DNA from: a virus | Strand: one strand, 5' to 3' | Length of the DNA stretch: 15,288 bases | IMG/VR virus record: IMGVR_UViG_3300043447_000376 | Span: 1-15,288 of that record | Shown: positions 1-8,821 of the stretch, in pieces | Layout of the letters: each line of letters starts with the position of its first letter | How positions within the stretch are numbered: the first letter of the stretch is position 1 | Program-made: the position numbers and the translations under genes | Notes under the pieces: generated by a model | What the model saw: the letters and a program-made list of their open reading frames with translations, nothing else | The model's database searches: none | Told to the model about the DNA's origin: nothing

Positions 1-122
1 ATCTTGTATTTACATTGAAGTCAGCAAAGAAGTTTTCTGTATTTGATAGATTAATTAGTGACCACTTTTGTGGATCAAGCAATGAGGTTATTGATTTTTC
101 TGATTTCCAATAAGTTCCAGCA
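1..122. repeat. Left copy of an exact 122-bp terminal direct repeat (identical to 15167..15288). It implies a unit genome of 15,166 bp.
   Basis: Base-by-base comparison: atcttgtatttacattgaag...taagttccagca is present at both window ends. Confidence 0.95.
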
Positions 123-1999
123 TTATATCCATCAGTAACGTATACAGCATTTATCTTTCCATTGTTAGAAATTAAGCTATCAGCAGCTCTTGTCAAATAA
201 TTGTCAATGCCATTAAATACCCAAATGCCATTTTCTTCAGTCTTAATTTGGTTAGTAAGAAGAACTCTATCGCCGTTATTTAGCACAATACCGCTGAACA
301 TTATGTCAGATCTTGGACCAACAAATCTCTTGAATCCAGTAAGCTCTGTATTGTCAACGCTATCTAGTCCTCTAGACTTTGGATTTGTTTGTAACGCACT
401 TGCAGAAAGTCCTAGTCCAGTTGCAGCTATATAAGCCTCTTCTGTATTTGCAAAGAAGACTGAGCCTGGACCATTTACCAAAACATTGTCATTAAGTGCA
501 ACACGAACGTCTTGAAGAATGTTCAACTCTTCTTTGTTAATCTTAATGTCATTGTTTAGAGTTTCTGTAGAACTACCATTTAGTACGTGAGTAATGCTAA
601 ATGTTTCTACTTGGAAATTATTATCAAGCTCAACACCAAACTTTCCAGTTTCAACTAGGTTATTCCAGAATAGTCGTAATGCCTTTTTTGAGTTTGTTGA
701 GATTTCTGGAGACACCATTTCTGCATTAACATTTACAGTTTTTGCAAACTTCTTTGTTTCTTTTCTCCACAAACGCATTCTTCTTTTAATCTCATATTGA
801 GAAATTGGAATATTGATGCCATGTGCAAATGTGTGAATAGCACCGCTAAAGCCATTTACTGAATAAAAGTCCGACGATACTGCTAATTTAAATAGGTCGT
901 TGTCTGATGCAATATCATTGATTCCAACAGTTGCTCCAGTTCCAAGACCCTGACCATAATCAGTAAAAGTTGATCCTGGAACAAGTCCACGAACATCCAT
1001 ATTATTTTCAATATCAACATCATTTTCAAGATAGTTATATACAACGTCTTTTACATTGTTAAATAGCCACTTAATTGTTGGGTAAAAGATTTGATACTCA
1101 TTAACCTTGTCATCAAAACGCTTATCTAGTTGACCATCTACCCAAATTTCAACAAACTTCTTGTTAAACTTGACTCCGTTTGTTTTAATAAGTCCAGGTC
1201 TTCCAAAATTAATAACAATGTGGTGCCAAGTATTATCTGCAACGTTTTCATTGCCAACAAAAAGATAATTTACATTATCTCTATTAAAATCATCATAATA
1301 TTCAATAGCAAGTTTTCCATCTTTAATAATTATGTTCAGATTAATTAACGCACCATCAAAACTATCTGAACGATAGTATGGGTAGTGTTCTGATACCAAA
1401 GATTTTGGAGACATGGTATCGCCAGTTGAAAGAGTTGAAATGGATGCACCATTATCCATTGATGCTCCAAAGGTCCACAGTATTGCGTCCAGGTCAGCAG
1501 CGTCAAGCTGAGAAGAACCAGATGCAACGATACAATTTTGCTTATTTGTTTTAATTGTAAATTCAACATATCCAGATCTAAAGAAGTTAACTTGTTCTGC
1601 CAATTGTGGGCCACCAAGAACAGTTGATGCAGCCTTATTGATATGCATAAGTGTATCTGCATTAACAGATATTGTAGCCTCATCAGAATTAACAGTTCTT
1701 GCGGTAGAAAGTGAACCAATATATTCTGCCCTACCACCAGGTGATCCATAAGCTGCAAAAGAAACTGCTGGAGATAGATTTGTCAAAATCTTATCCTTGA
1801 ATGGCGTATAAGTTGTTCCTGAAGGATTTTGTAGATTTAGCAAATAGTCGTCAGACTCGCCAGGCAAAATAGGAAATGAAAAGTCATAGATAAATCTATT
1901 CTTTGTGCCGTGAAGTTTCTGAGTTTCCCATTGGTCAAATTGAAAGAATGTGTTCTTTTCACTAAATCCAGTAGGATCATTAAATTTTTTCTCTATCAT
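1..1999 (-). CDS. 666-aa tail-fibre-like structural protein with one LamG/concanavalin-like domain and a C-terminal GDRVLL...NGIW module. It is missing from the ORF track because it runs off the left edge.
   Basis: Manual translation from ATG 1999..1997 (MIEKKFNDPTGF...) stays open for 666 codons down to base 2. SD-like GAGAGG lies upstream, and the start overlaps the preceding stop as TAATG. The stop codon TAG is completed only across the circular junction (base 1 plus 15166..15165). LamG-type signature: NTWHHIVINFGRPG...FVEIWVDGQ. Confidence 0.85.
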   Translation of the reverse strand, partial: MIEKKFNDPTGFSEKNTFFQFDQWETQKLHGTKNRFIYDFSFPILPGESDDYLLNLQNPSGTTYTPFKDKILTNLSPAVSFAAYGSPGGRAEYIGSLSTARTVNSDEATISVNADTLMHINKAASTVLGGPQLAEQVNFFRSGYVEFTIKTNKQNCIVASGSSQLDAADLDAILWTFGASMDNGASISTLSTGDTMSPKSLVSEHYPYYRSDSFDGALINLNIIIKDGKLAIEYYDDFNRDNVNYLFVGNENVADNTWHHIVINFGRPGLIKTNGVKFNKKFVEIWVDGQLDKRFDDKVNEYQIFYPTIKWLFNNVKDVVYNYLENDVDIENNMDVRGLVPGSTFTDYGQGLGTGATVGINDIASDNDLFKLAVSSDFYSVNGFSGAIHTFAHGINIPISQYEIKRRMRLWRKETKKFAKTVNVNAEMVSPEISTNSKKALRLFWNNLVETGKFGVELDNNFQVETFSITHVLNGSSTETLNNDIKINKEELNILQDVRVALNDNVLVNGPGSVFFANTEEAYIAATGLGLSASALQTNPKSRGLDSVDNTELTGFKRFVGPRSDIMFSGIVLNNGDRVLLTNQIKTEENGIWVFNGIDNYLTRAADSLISNNGKINAVYVTDGYNAGTYWKSEKSITSLLDPQKWSLINLSNTENFFADFNVNTR

Positions 2000-4900
2000 T
2001 AGGCTACCTCTCTTGTAGGATAAATTCCATCTATTTCAGTTGCTCTTAGCCATGCAGCCCAAGGACTTGTTAGATTGTACATTGAAATTGGATAATTAAA
2101 TGTATTTGTTGTAACAGTAATACCATTAATATAATTATTTGCCAACTTAATTGTTGCCTCCATTGGACCACCAGGAATAGTGATTCGTACACCAGCACTG
2201 TTAAATATTGCAGTTGCTACCATTATATCAGCGATTATGTTAGCAGGCGATGATATAGCTCCACCGTTCATTTGAGCAGATGCTGTCAATGAAGTTGCAT
2301 TAATAGAGATATTTCTAATTGCTGACACAGAAGCATCTGGTGACTCAGATTCAGCTAATGCCCAGTCAGCAGTGTAATTTACAGATGTGCTGGTTGTTGC
2401 AGCGGTTGCCAATGCAGTTGCTGTTATAGGAGATGTAGTAATAACCTTGTTGGTCTGACCAGGCATCATTCCATATAGATTAGAAACAAGTGTCTGAGAA
2501 GCAGAAGTCTTTGCCCAAATTACCTCGTCTACATAAATAATAGTATTTGTTGGTGCAACTGGCAATGATGTAGAGCCAAATGGAGTAATCAAACATCCAA
2601 CAGAAAGTCTTGGATGGTTGTTTGCCTCATCGTTAGCTGGTACAGAGACGGTACCATTGACTGTGGTTCCGTTGTATGTTCCAAGCTGTACTGTCATAAT
2701 ATCAACACCATCAATAAATAGGTTTACACGATTATTTGAGCCAGTGTGATCAAATGCCACTACAACGAAGTGTCTCAATCCATCAAATAGGTTATAGTTT
2801 GAAACTGTTGCCTGATCAATGTATGATCCAGAACCATTGTTAAACTGCAAGTGTAGTTTGTTCTGATATTGATACAAAATTACATGCTGGTTATCATAGT
2901 GTCCGTTTAGGTTCCAAAGAACTCTTAGACCAGTAGAATTATCTTCATCAGCTTTTCTAAACCAGAATGATGAATGGTAATTGTTTAGGCCAGTTCCCCA
3001 GGTATCATTGTATTCAGATTCCTTTAGGATTACTCCGTCAGTAATGTATGATGTTCCAGCTGTCTTGGCAGACTTACCGTTAATGCCAAAATCGGGGTTG
3101 ACGACTGTACCACCAATAGTTACAGGAGCAACTGCATAATCATTGTCTGAGCCATAGTCAAGGAATGAGTTGCTTCCATCAAAAGTTACATAACGATATG
3201 GATTTACATTTGCCATCACATAGTTGTAATATGTATCACTTAATGCAAAGGCATTGTTAGATTCAGCATACGCAATTAACGTTTCTGCAATGCTTGTATT
3301 TCCATATTTTGTAGAAGATTGAACAATTGTTGCAGAAGCAGTAAGCACATCTGCTGCAATATTGTTACTTACCCCAGCAACCACTGTAGCAGATACAATT
3401 AATGCAGAAGCTGTTGCAGCAGTTATTTCTGGAGTAGCATTTGAGTTGACAACAAAATTGTGTGTTCCAGATTGAACAGAAGCAGTCACTGGTGATGGGA
3501 AAATAGTCTTATCTGGAGAAAGAACATTTATAAATGAATAGTGATCAATAATTGTGCTATTGGATAATGCAGATCCATAAATGGCAAATTCATCAACGTA
3601 ATCAGCAGTTGCAATATTATCGCCAGATTGACCTGCAAAGAAATTATCCCATGTTGCTGATGTAAATGATGATGGATTAAGGGTGTCAGTAATAGATCCA
3701 GCAATAGATCCATTTAGATACCAAGATGCAACAAATTCGTTTGTTCCAGAACCTGGAGCAACTCTAACAACATAGTGATTCCAGTCATTGTTTTTATATA
3801 ATGCAGAATTATCTATATATGCTTCTGTTATATATTGACTACCGCCATCTTCAGGCCAATTCGGATTAGTTCTACTAACAAGTCTTGAAATTGTTATTCT
3901 TGATTTAGAAATAGATATATTTCCAAATCCTGCAACTACTTGATCTTCACCCTTAGACCAAACTTCAACGGTAAAGTTTCTTGATGCAACTAAATCTGAA
4001 ATGTCAGATGATGCAGTTGGGTAAATTCTAAAACGGTTTGGGGCATTTGTATAATTTCCAGTACCTGCCCAAGACAGACCAGCACCAACAAGCCCCATAT
4101 CTCCGCCAGATGCCTGTCCAGTGGACATTGTAGATCCTTTGTCATATGAAGCAATAGACATTGTTCCATAATTTGCACCAGTAGCTGTATCAAAATTAAA
4201 GTAGTAGACTGGATTAGATTGCTTAACTAATGCATAGTAACTTGGTGTTACATAAACAGTATGGTTACCAGATTCAGCAGATGCTGTGAGTGCTGCAATT
4301 GGAAGAACTGGTTCAATAATTTCTGCAGTAGCAGTCATTTCTAGTGCTGACCAAGATATATCAGATCCAGTAGAAATATCAACATTATTAATCATCTCAA
4401 TAGATGCTATGAGGGTTGTTGGACCAAGTACTTGTACATATTGTTCTGCCACAACTGCAATGTTTGTTGGCAAAATAGCATTAACTAAAATTGATGTAGT
4501 AATTTCAACATGATCTCCAGCTGTAACTGCAATAGTTGGGTCAGCAAGATCTGCTGAGGCAGTTATTGGGGTTGCTGTGTATGACACGTTTGTTGCATTA
4601 ATTCTTGCATCCCAAATCTGAGAAATTGCAGTAGCGTCAATTGCTGAATATGGAGCAATATAGTAATCAGAAATTTCAAATGTTGTCAATACGCCAGAGT
4701 CTGTGGTAGAACCTCTTGTTGAAGTTCCAAACTGGCTATATGCAGTACCAGTTGTTGTTGTTCCAAGTAGGTCATAAATAAAAACACCGTCTATATAAAC
4801 TTCAGTGTGATATCCAGAACCATCAATAAATGATCTTTGTGCAACATAGTGCCATTCCTGATCATCAACACGATTAGTAGAATATACTGTTCCACCAGTT

Positions 4901-5337
4901 GAAACAGTCAATGTAAGCTTTCCAAGATTTCCAGATGAGCCATTTAACTGAGTTGTCATCGCTCTACCCATACCACCAATCTGAGCGATCATTATATTTG
5001 TGTTATAGGTTTTTCCTGTTTCGTATGTAAAGTTTGTTTTAAACCAAAAACCCAATGAATAGTTACCATCTGTAAGCGGTACGTTAGCAGCAAGAACATT
5101 GCTAAACATTCTGTACATGGTAGTAGTCAAATCATTTGTGCCATTACCAACATTGATTGCCCAAGATCCGTCACCATGCACACCGCCAGTTGCATTTCTT
5201 ACTGGTGCTTCATTTGTAAGTGTAAATGTTGCAGTACCAGATGTACCGCTATTTGTAGGAGTAAGTGAATATGCACCATTAAATCTTACATAAGTTTCTG
5301 GTGAGTAGCTTAAAATTTTGTCTGATAAATTGCTCAT
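1999..5337 (-). CDS. 1112-aa large virion or tail protein with three LamG (Laminin_G_3-like) domains separated by Ala/Thr/Ser-rich linkers.
   Basis: ORF track entry. The LamG signature recurs three times: SLGFWFK...EWHYVA...YIDGV (aa 8-243), NDWNHYVVRVAPG...WYLNG...VDEFAIYGSALS (aa 366-600), and SSFWFRK...RHFVVVAFDH...LFIDGV...VDEVIWAK (aa 702-955). There is no SD, and a T7 run lies immediately upstream of the ATG. Confidence 0.85.
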   Translation of the reverse strand: MSNLSDKILSYSPETYVRFNGAYSLTPTNSGTSGTATFTLTNEAPVRNATGGVHGDGSWAINVGNGTNDLTTTMYRMFSNVLAANVPLTDGNYSLGFWFKTNFTYETGKTYNTNIMIAQIGGMGRAMTTQLNGSSGNLGKLTLTVSTGGTVYSTNRVDDQEWHYVAQRSFIDGSGYHTEVYIDGVFIYDLLGTTTTGTAYSQFGTSTRGSTTDSGVLTTFEISDYYIAPYSAIDATAISQIWDARINATNVSYTATPITASADLADPTIAVTAGDHVEITTSILVNAILPTNIAVVAEQYVQVLGPTTLIASIEMINNVDISTGSDISWSALEMTATAEIIEPVLPIAALTASAESGNHTVYVTPSYYALVKQSNPVYYFNFDTATGANYGTMSIASYDKGSTMSTGQASGGDMGLVGAGLSWAGTGNYTNAPNRFRIYPTASSDISDLVASRNFTVEVWSKGEDQVVAGFGNISISKSRITISRLVSRTNPNWPEDGGSQYITEAYIDNSALYKNNDWNHYVVRVAPGSGTNEFVASWYLNGSIAGSITDTLNPSSFTSATWDNFFAGQSGDNIATADYVDEFAIYGSALSNSTIIDHYSFINVLSPDKTIFPSPVTASVQSGTHNFVVNSNATPEITAATASALIVSATVVAGVSNNIAADVLTASATIVQSSTKYGNTSIAETLIAYAESNNAFALSDTYYNYVMANVNPYRYVTFDGSNSFLDYGSDNDYAVAPVTIGGTVVNPDFGINGKSAKTAGTSYITDGVILKESEYNDTWGTGLNNYHSSFWFRKADEDNSTGLRVLWNLNGHYDNQHVILYQYQNKLHLQFNNGSGSYIDQATVSNYNLFDGLRHFVVVAFDHTGSNNRVNLFIDGVDIMTVQLGTYNGTTVNGTVSVPANDEANNHPRLSVGCLITPFGSTSLPVAPTNTIIYVDEVIWAKTSASQTLVSNLYGMMPGQTNKVITTSPITATALATAATTSTSVNYTADWALAESESPDASVSAIRNISINATSLTASAQMNGGAISSPANIIADIMVATAIFNSAGVRITIPGGPMEATIKLANNYINGITVTTNTFNYPISMYNLTSPWAAWLRATEIDGIYPTREVA
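2222..2230 (-). promoter_or_regulatory. Internal copy of TGATATAAT, a possible promoter for the 666-aa gene.
   Basis: Plus-strand attatatca gives TGATATAAT on the minus strand, 223 nt upstream of ATG 1999 and inside the 3' end of the 1112-aa ORF. Confidence 0.35.
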
Positions 5338-5346
5338 AAAAAAAGA

Positions 5347-5568
5347 CTACGCCAATACAGACGTAGCCATTCCTCCTACCAAATTAAAGTCTGGGTTAAT
5401 TGCATTGAGGCTATGGCCATTAATGCTAAGTGGTGCTGGAGTGAAGCAAGACCAAGATGAGATTACCAAACTAACACCTGTGTTAATTTCAGTTTTAACA
5501 CAAGCAATCTCAATCATTTCAGCCTTTAGGCTGACTGAAAATGGTCCTGCTTCAACTCCAACGTTCAT
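5347..5568 (-). CDS. 73-aa hypothetical protein (MNVGVEAGPFSV...). It ends in a TAG that is in frame with the 1112-aa ORF.
   Basis: ATG 5568..5566 overlaps the upstream stop as TAATG. The frame is open for 73 codons. No homology was recognised. Confidence 0.5.
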   Translation of the reverse strand: MNVGVEAGPFSVSLKAEMIEIACVKTEINTGVSLVISSWSCFTPAPLSINGHSLNAINPDFNLVGGMATSVLA

Positions 5569-6002
5569 TATGCTACTGTGATCCTTACGATACCTGTAGC
5601 GTCCCAAGTAATAGTAAAGTTACCATTGCTTGAAGACTGGTCTGAACCAAAGTCAACATAACCAATAAGTGGCTTTGTTGCGTTAGTTGCAGGTGTTGCA
5701 TCGTAAATAACTGCATAGCGAGCAGTAATTGTAGACGAAGACCAAGTTACGTCATCAGCATCAAGTGTAATAACATTTGTTGACGAGTTGTAAGAGTTGG
5801 TCTTGTTTGCGAGGGTAGCTCCACCAGCGGTGTAGCCAGTTCCAGTAACTTCGTTTGCAACAACATCATCAAGATAGTTGTGTGCATCCTGGTCTGGAGT
5901 GTATGCGTTGGTGAGAAGAGCCACCTTAATGGTGTCTGTATCCCAGTCAATTTCTTTGTTTAGTGCCTGTGATAGGAACTGTCCGTATAGTTTGCTAGCC
6001 AT
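5568..6002 (-). CDS. 144-aa conserved phage structural protein, possibly a head decoration or head-proximal protein.
   Basis: ORF track entry. SD GGGGAGA lies 6 nt upstream. The gene sits immediately downstream of the capsid gene. The sequence pattern (IDWDTDTIKVALL...GTGYTAGGATL...DADDVTW...ITARYAVIY) looks like a family I have seen next to capsid genes, but I cannot name its function. Confidence 0.75.
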   Translation of the reverse strand: MASKLYGQFLSQALNKEIDWDTDTIKVALLTNAYTPDQDAHNYLDDVVANEVTGTGYTAGGATLANKTNSYNSSTNVITLDADDVTWSSSTITARYAVIYDATPATNATKPLIGYVDFGSDQSSSNGNFTITWDATGIVRITVA

Positions 6003-6015
6003 TCTCTATCTCCCC

Positions 6016-6918
6016 TTAAGCCGCAGCTGTCTTCTCAACGACTGCGAATGCATCAGCGTCAGCAACAGCGAATGCACGACGGATACGAGTCTTAAGAAGA
6101 ACTCCGTCAGTGTCAAACTGTGCGTCACGTGATACAACAGACTCTACGCCTGAGCGAACACCGTTGATCATCATGTTACGGTTACCAACAATAAGTAGTG
6201 GGTTACCAGTAGGTGCATCAGTTGCAGCAGCAGATGTAGCAGCACCGTATGAAACAACTAGTGGGTAACCGAATAGGCTTCCAGGAGTTGCTGCAATTGG
6301 GTTAGGAAGAACTAGCTGACCAGTTCCATCTACCATTCCACGAAGAGCTGCAAGCATCTTAGGGTGTGCAATGAATACAGTGTTAGCTGCATCAAAGTAC
6401 TGGCTGTCTTCTACGATACCAAGAGCAGCGTTGATGTCAGCGAATGACAAGTCTCCACCAGTCTGGATAAGGTTTGAACCAGAGTTTAGCTGTGATACTG
6501 CACGGTAAACAGAAGTGAACGGCTGACCGTCATCACCATCTGCAGCTGCAGTTACACCTAGACAAGCGTTGTCGAACTTACGTGCGAAACGGCTAGCCCA
6601 CTCAGACTTGTAAACAGAAAGTGTGTCTACTAGTGAGTCGTTTACGTCTTCCTCAGAAATGTGGAAGATCTTTGCATACTTCTTTGCTGTCAGTACGATC
6701 TCGTCAAGAGTAGCAGAAGCCTCTGGAATTGTTGCACCTTCGGCAACAACTTCTGGAGCATCTGCAACAAAGCGAGGGACTGACTTAGTGCGAGAAGCCA
6801 TTGCTTCTCTACGAGCAAACGATTCTACAGCAGAGTTTGCAAGAAGTGCCTGAATTACAGACGATCCTTGCTCTTCTAGGATGTAGCCGTTTGCCTCTGT
6901 TAGGTCAATACGAGCCAT
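6016..6918 (-). CDS. Major capsid protein (HK97-fold type), 300 aa.
   Basis: ORF track entry with a strong SD (AAGGAGA). It follows the scaffold gene, has the typical size, and contains motifs such as LTAKKYAKIFHISEEDVNDS. It has its own upstream TGATATAAT promoter. Confidence 0.8.
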   Translation of the reverse strand: MARIDLTEANGYILEEQGSSVIQALLANSAVESFARREAMASRTKSVPRFVADAPEVVAEGATIPEASATLDEIVLTAKKYAKIFHISEEDVNDSLVDTLSVYKSEWASRFARKFDNACLGVTAAADGDDGQPFTSVYRAVSQLNSGSNLIQTGGDLSFADINAALGIVEDSQYFDAANTVFIAHPKMLAALRGMVDGTGQLVLPNPIAATPGSLFGYPLVVSYGAATSAAATDAPTGNPLLIVGNRNMMINGVRSGVESVVSRDAQFDTDGVLLKTRIRRAFAVADADAFAVVEKTAAA

Positions 6919-7017
6919 TTTTTATCTCCTTAAGATAATTATTAGTTAATTTATGATGAATCGTCTAATTCACATGCTACTTAAAGCAAGCGTCCACCTG
7001 CAATAAAGTCTATGTAA

Positions 7018-7026
7018 ATTATATCA
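7018..7026 (-). promoter_or_regulatory. Extended -10 promoter TGATATAAT upstream of the capsid gene.
   Basis: Plus-strand attatatca lies in the 112-bp scaffold-capsid intergenic gap and is a member of the 6-copy motif family. Confidence 0.6.
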
Positions 7027-7030
7027 TCAT

Positions 7031-7480
7031 TTATTTAATTTTGCCCAAGATTTTTGCAGCCTGCATCTCGCTTGCTGAGAATCTTGTGCTTACTGTTGCC
7101 TGAATGGCAGCATCAGCCTGACCACCAACACGAAGCTTTGGATCAAATACTTCTGGTAGATCTTGCTTTAGTTCTTCAATCTGATCTTCAAATCCAATCA
7201 AATCAAAATTTTCATCAAGAGATAGATTTTCCATCTTTACGAACTTCATGACTCTTTGTGGGTCCTTAATTCCTTCAGATGCAATCTTTTGTGCAATCTT
7301 CTCTTGAATAAGTTTATTTGTGTAGACATTTATAGCCTGATCCTTGCTTGCAAGTACAGATTCTAGAGATTCCTTCTCTTCCCTGAATTTCTTAGCATCA
7401 TTCTTAGCACGGTCAAGGGCAGCAAGTACTGCCTTTGGATCTTCTATAACTGTTTCATTTTCCTGGATGTCATTTTCCAT
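7031..7480 (-). CDS. Scaffolding protein, 149 aa.
   Basis: Acidic, helical, coiled-coil-like sequence located between the portal and capsid genes. SD AGGAGG is present, and the start overlaps the portal stop as TAATG. Confidence 0.7.
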   Translation of the reverse strand: MENDIQENETVIEDPKAVLAALDRAKNDAKKFREEKESLESVLASKDQAINVYTNKLIQEKIAQKIASEGIKDPQRVMKFVKMENLSLDENFDLIGFEDQIEELKQDLPEVFDPKLRVGGQADAAIQATVSTRFSASEMQAAKILGKIK

Positions 7481-8820
7481 TAGTTGCCTCCTGTTTGTTC
7501 CATTATGACATTATTTGTATTGGTATTCTGAGACAAATCAGTCAGAGCATTCTCTGCAGCAACGATTCGCTGTGCGATTTCAAGGTCATACCCCATCTCA
7601 AGCAATACCTGTTCTAATGATACACCAACTACACGCTTCTTCACTGCAACTTCCCAAGCATCTAGGCTGTCCATAGATTCTACTGACTGCCACTTAACCT
7701 GGACATCAGAGTTGATTCCTTCTACCTTTAGAACAAATCTAAACATATCTCTCCATGTGTTACCAAATGAAATTTGGCGATCTTCTACCTTCTTAAGTAG
7801 TGGAGATTCTGCTGTACGAAGTGCTTCACCAGATGGCACGTTGCCAGTCTTTTCAAAATAGTGAAGTGGTGTATTTGTAATTGAAGCCATTGAGCGTACA
7901 AAGTCCTTAACTGGCTCTGTAAATACCTTGTGATCAGCTGGTGAGAATTCGCCAACCTTGCTAACGCCCTTTAGGTACCAAAGCTCTCCTGGACCATTTC
8001 TTAGCTTGCCAAGATTTTCAGCTTCTGCTGCATCATCATCAAAGTCTTCAAATTCTGCTGAGTTTCCGCCACCTGAAAGTGCATATCTTTGAGGAGCACC
8101 CTGGTAATCAACGGTAGTCATGTGAGTAACGATAAGCTTATTAATTGCATCCTGTGGACCAAACGCATCAGCGTGTTCTGGTCTACCGTACTGCTTTGCT
8201 GTTCTAAAGTGGAAGATTGGAACCTCTCCCCATGGATTGTCAATTGTTTCAACTAGCTTAAAGCTAGATGCAGACACAATGTTTTCAATTTCTCCAAATG
8301 CAGCATACTTTTCAATACGGTCTGGGTAGTACATGTTAAGCTTTGCAATCTTCTTGCCCTGGCTATCTTCTGTTTGCCAAAGCTTTGCACCAAAACGCTT
8401 AATACGAGGATTTTCGTCATCATAGATAACAACTGTAGTTAGTGGTGAGTTATAATCAATAGTTGTCTTACCATTTACATCAGTCCATACGATAGCATAG
8501 GCATTTACATATACTAGAGCACGGCGGTGAATCTCATCAGCATCCAGCACTAGATCGTTTGTTTCCCAAATTTTGTTGATTTCCTGATTTGCTGAGTCTG
8601 TTGTTCCAAAAATATTTGCAATCTCAAGACGGTTAAGTACTGAGTCAACAACGGTTCTTGCAAAGTTAAATCTAAAATCGCTACCTGCGTTTGTTAGTAG
8701 CTTGTACCATCTTTGGTTTGGGAATACCTCTGAGTTGGTACCTTCGTAGTATGCTTCTGCTGTAAGATAGTGATTCCTGCTATCTACGATTGCATCTATA
8801 GCCTTTTTAATATCAGACAT
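7480..8820 (-). CDS. Portal protein (SPP1 gp6-like size and N-terminal pattern), 446 aa.
   Basis: Lies directly downstream of the large terminase, with SD AAGGAGA. The N-terminal ...YLTAEAYYEGT... pattern is typical of portal families. Confidence 0.8.
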   Translation of the reverse strand: MSDIKKAIDAIVDSRNHYLTAEAYYEGTNSEVFPNQRWYKLLTNAGSDFRFNFARTVVDSVLNRLEIANIFGTTDSANQEINKIWETNDLVLDADEIHRRALVYVNAYAIVWTDVNGKTTIDYNSPLTTVVIYDDENPRIKRFGAKLWQTEDSQGKKIAKLNMYYPDRIEKYAAFGEIENIVSASSFKLVETIDNPWGEVPIFHFRTAKQYGRPEHADAFGPQDAINKLIVTHMTTVDYQGAPQRYALSGGGNSAEFEDFDDDAAEAENLGKLRNGPGELWYLKGVSKVGEFSPADHKVFTEPVKDFVRSMASITNTPLHYFEKTGNVPSGEALRTAESPLLKKVEDRQISFGNTWRDMFRFVLKVEGINSDVQVKWQSVESMDSLDAWEVAVKKRVVGVSLEQVLLEMGYDLEIAQRIVAAENALTDLSQNTNTNNVIMEQTGGN

Positions 8821-8821
8821 A

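Noticed and set aside
1-122. Reading the 122-bp repeat as genuine physical direct terminal repeats of the virion DNA.
   Set aside because: The boundary falls 41 codons before the end of an ORF, not in the non-coding hub next to HNH and TerS. An assembly overlap of a circular or permuted genome is more likely. Read-start analysis is needed to settle this.
1679-1686. CTGATGAG (hammerhead core-like) on the minus strand.
   Set aside because: It lies within the open 666-aa coding frame, and I saw no matching GAAA box or helices. It is most likely a chance octamer.
1345-1758. 137-aa minus-strand ORF with a TTG start.
   Set aside because: It is out of frame inside the 666-aa ORF (1..1999), which is open along its whole length and has LamG motifs. 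The translation is low-complexity Leu/Gln-rich.
3528-4193. Minus-strand ORFs 3528-3713 and 3990-4193. The same reasoning applies to 5747-5950 and 14636-14842.
   Set aside because: They are alternative-frame ORFs nested in longer genes (the 1112-aa, 144-aa and 367-aa ORFs), with no independent start signals.
5347-5607. Longest-ORF starts from the track: 5607 for the 86-aa ORF, 13604 for the 114-aa ORF and 14020 for the 143-aa ORF.
   Set aside because: Downstream ATGs at 5568, 13589 and 13981 fit better. The first two overlap the upstream stop as TAATG, 13589 and 13981 have an SD at proper spacing, and all three avoid long overlaps with the upstream genes.
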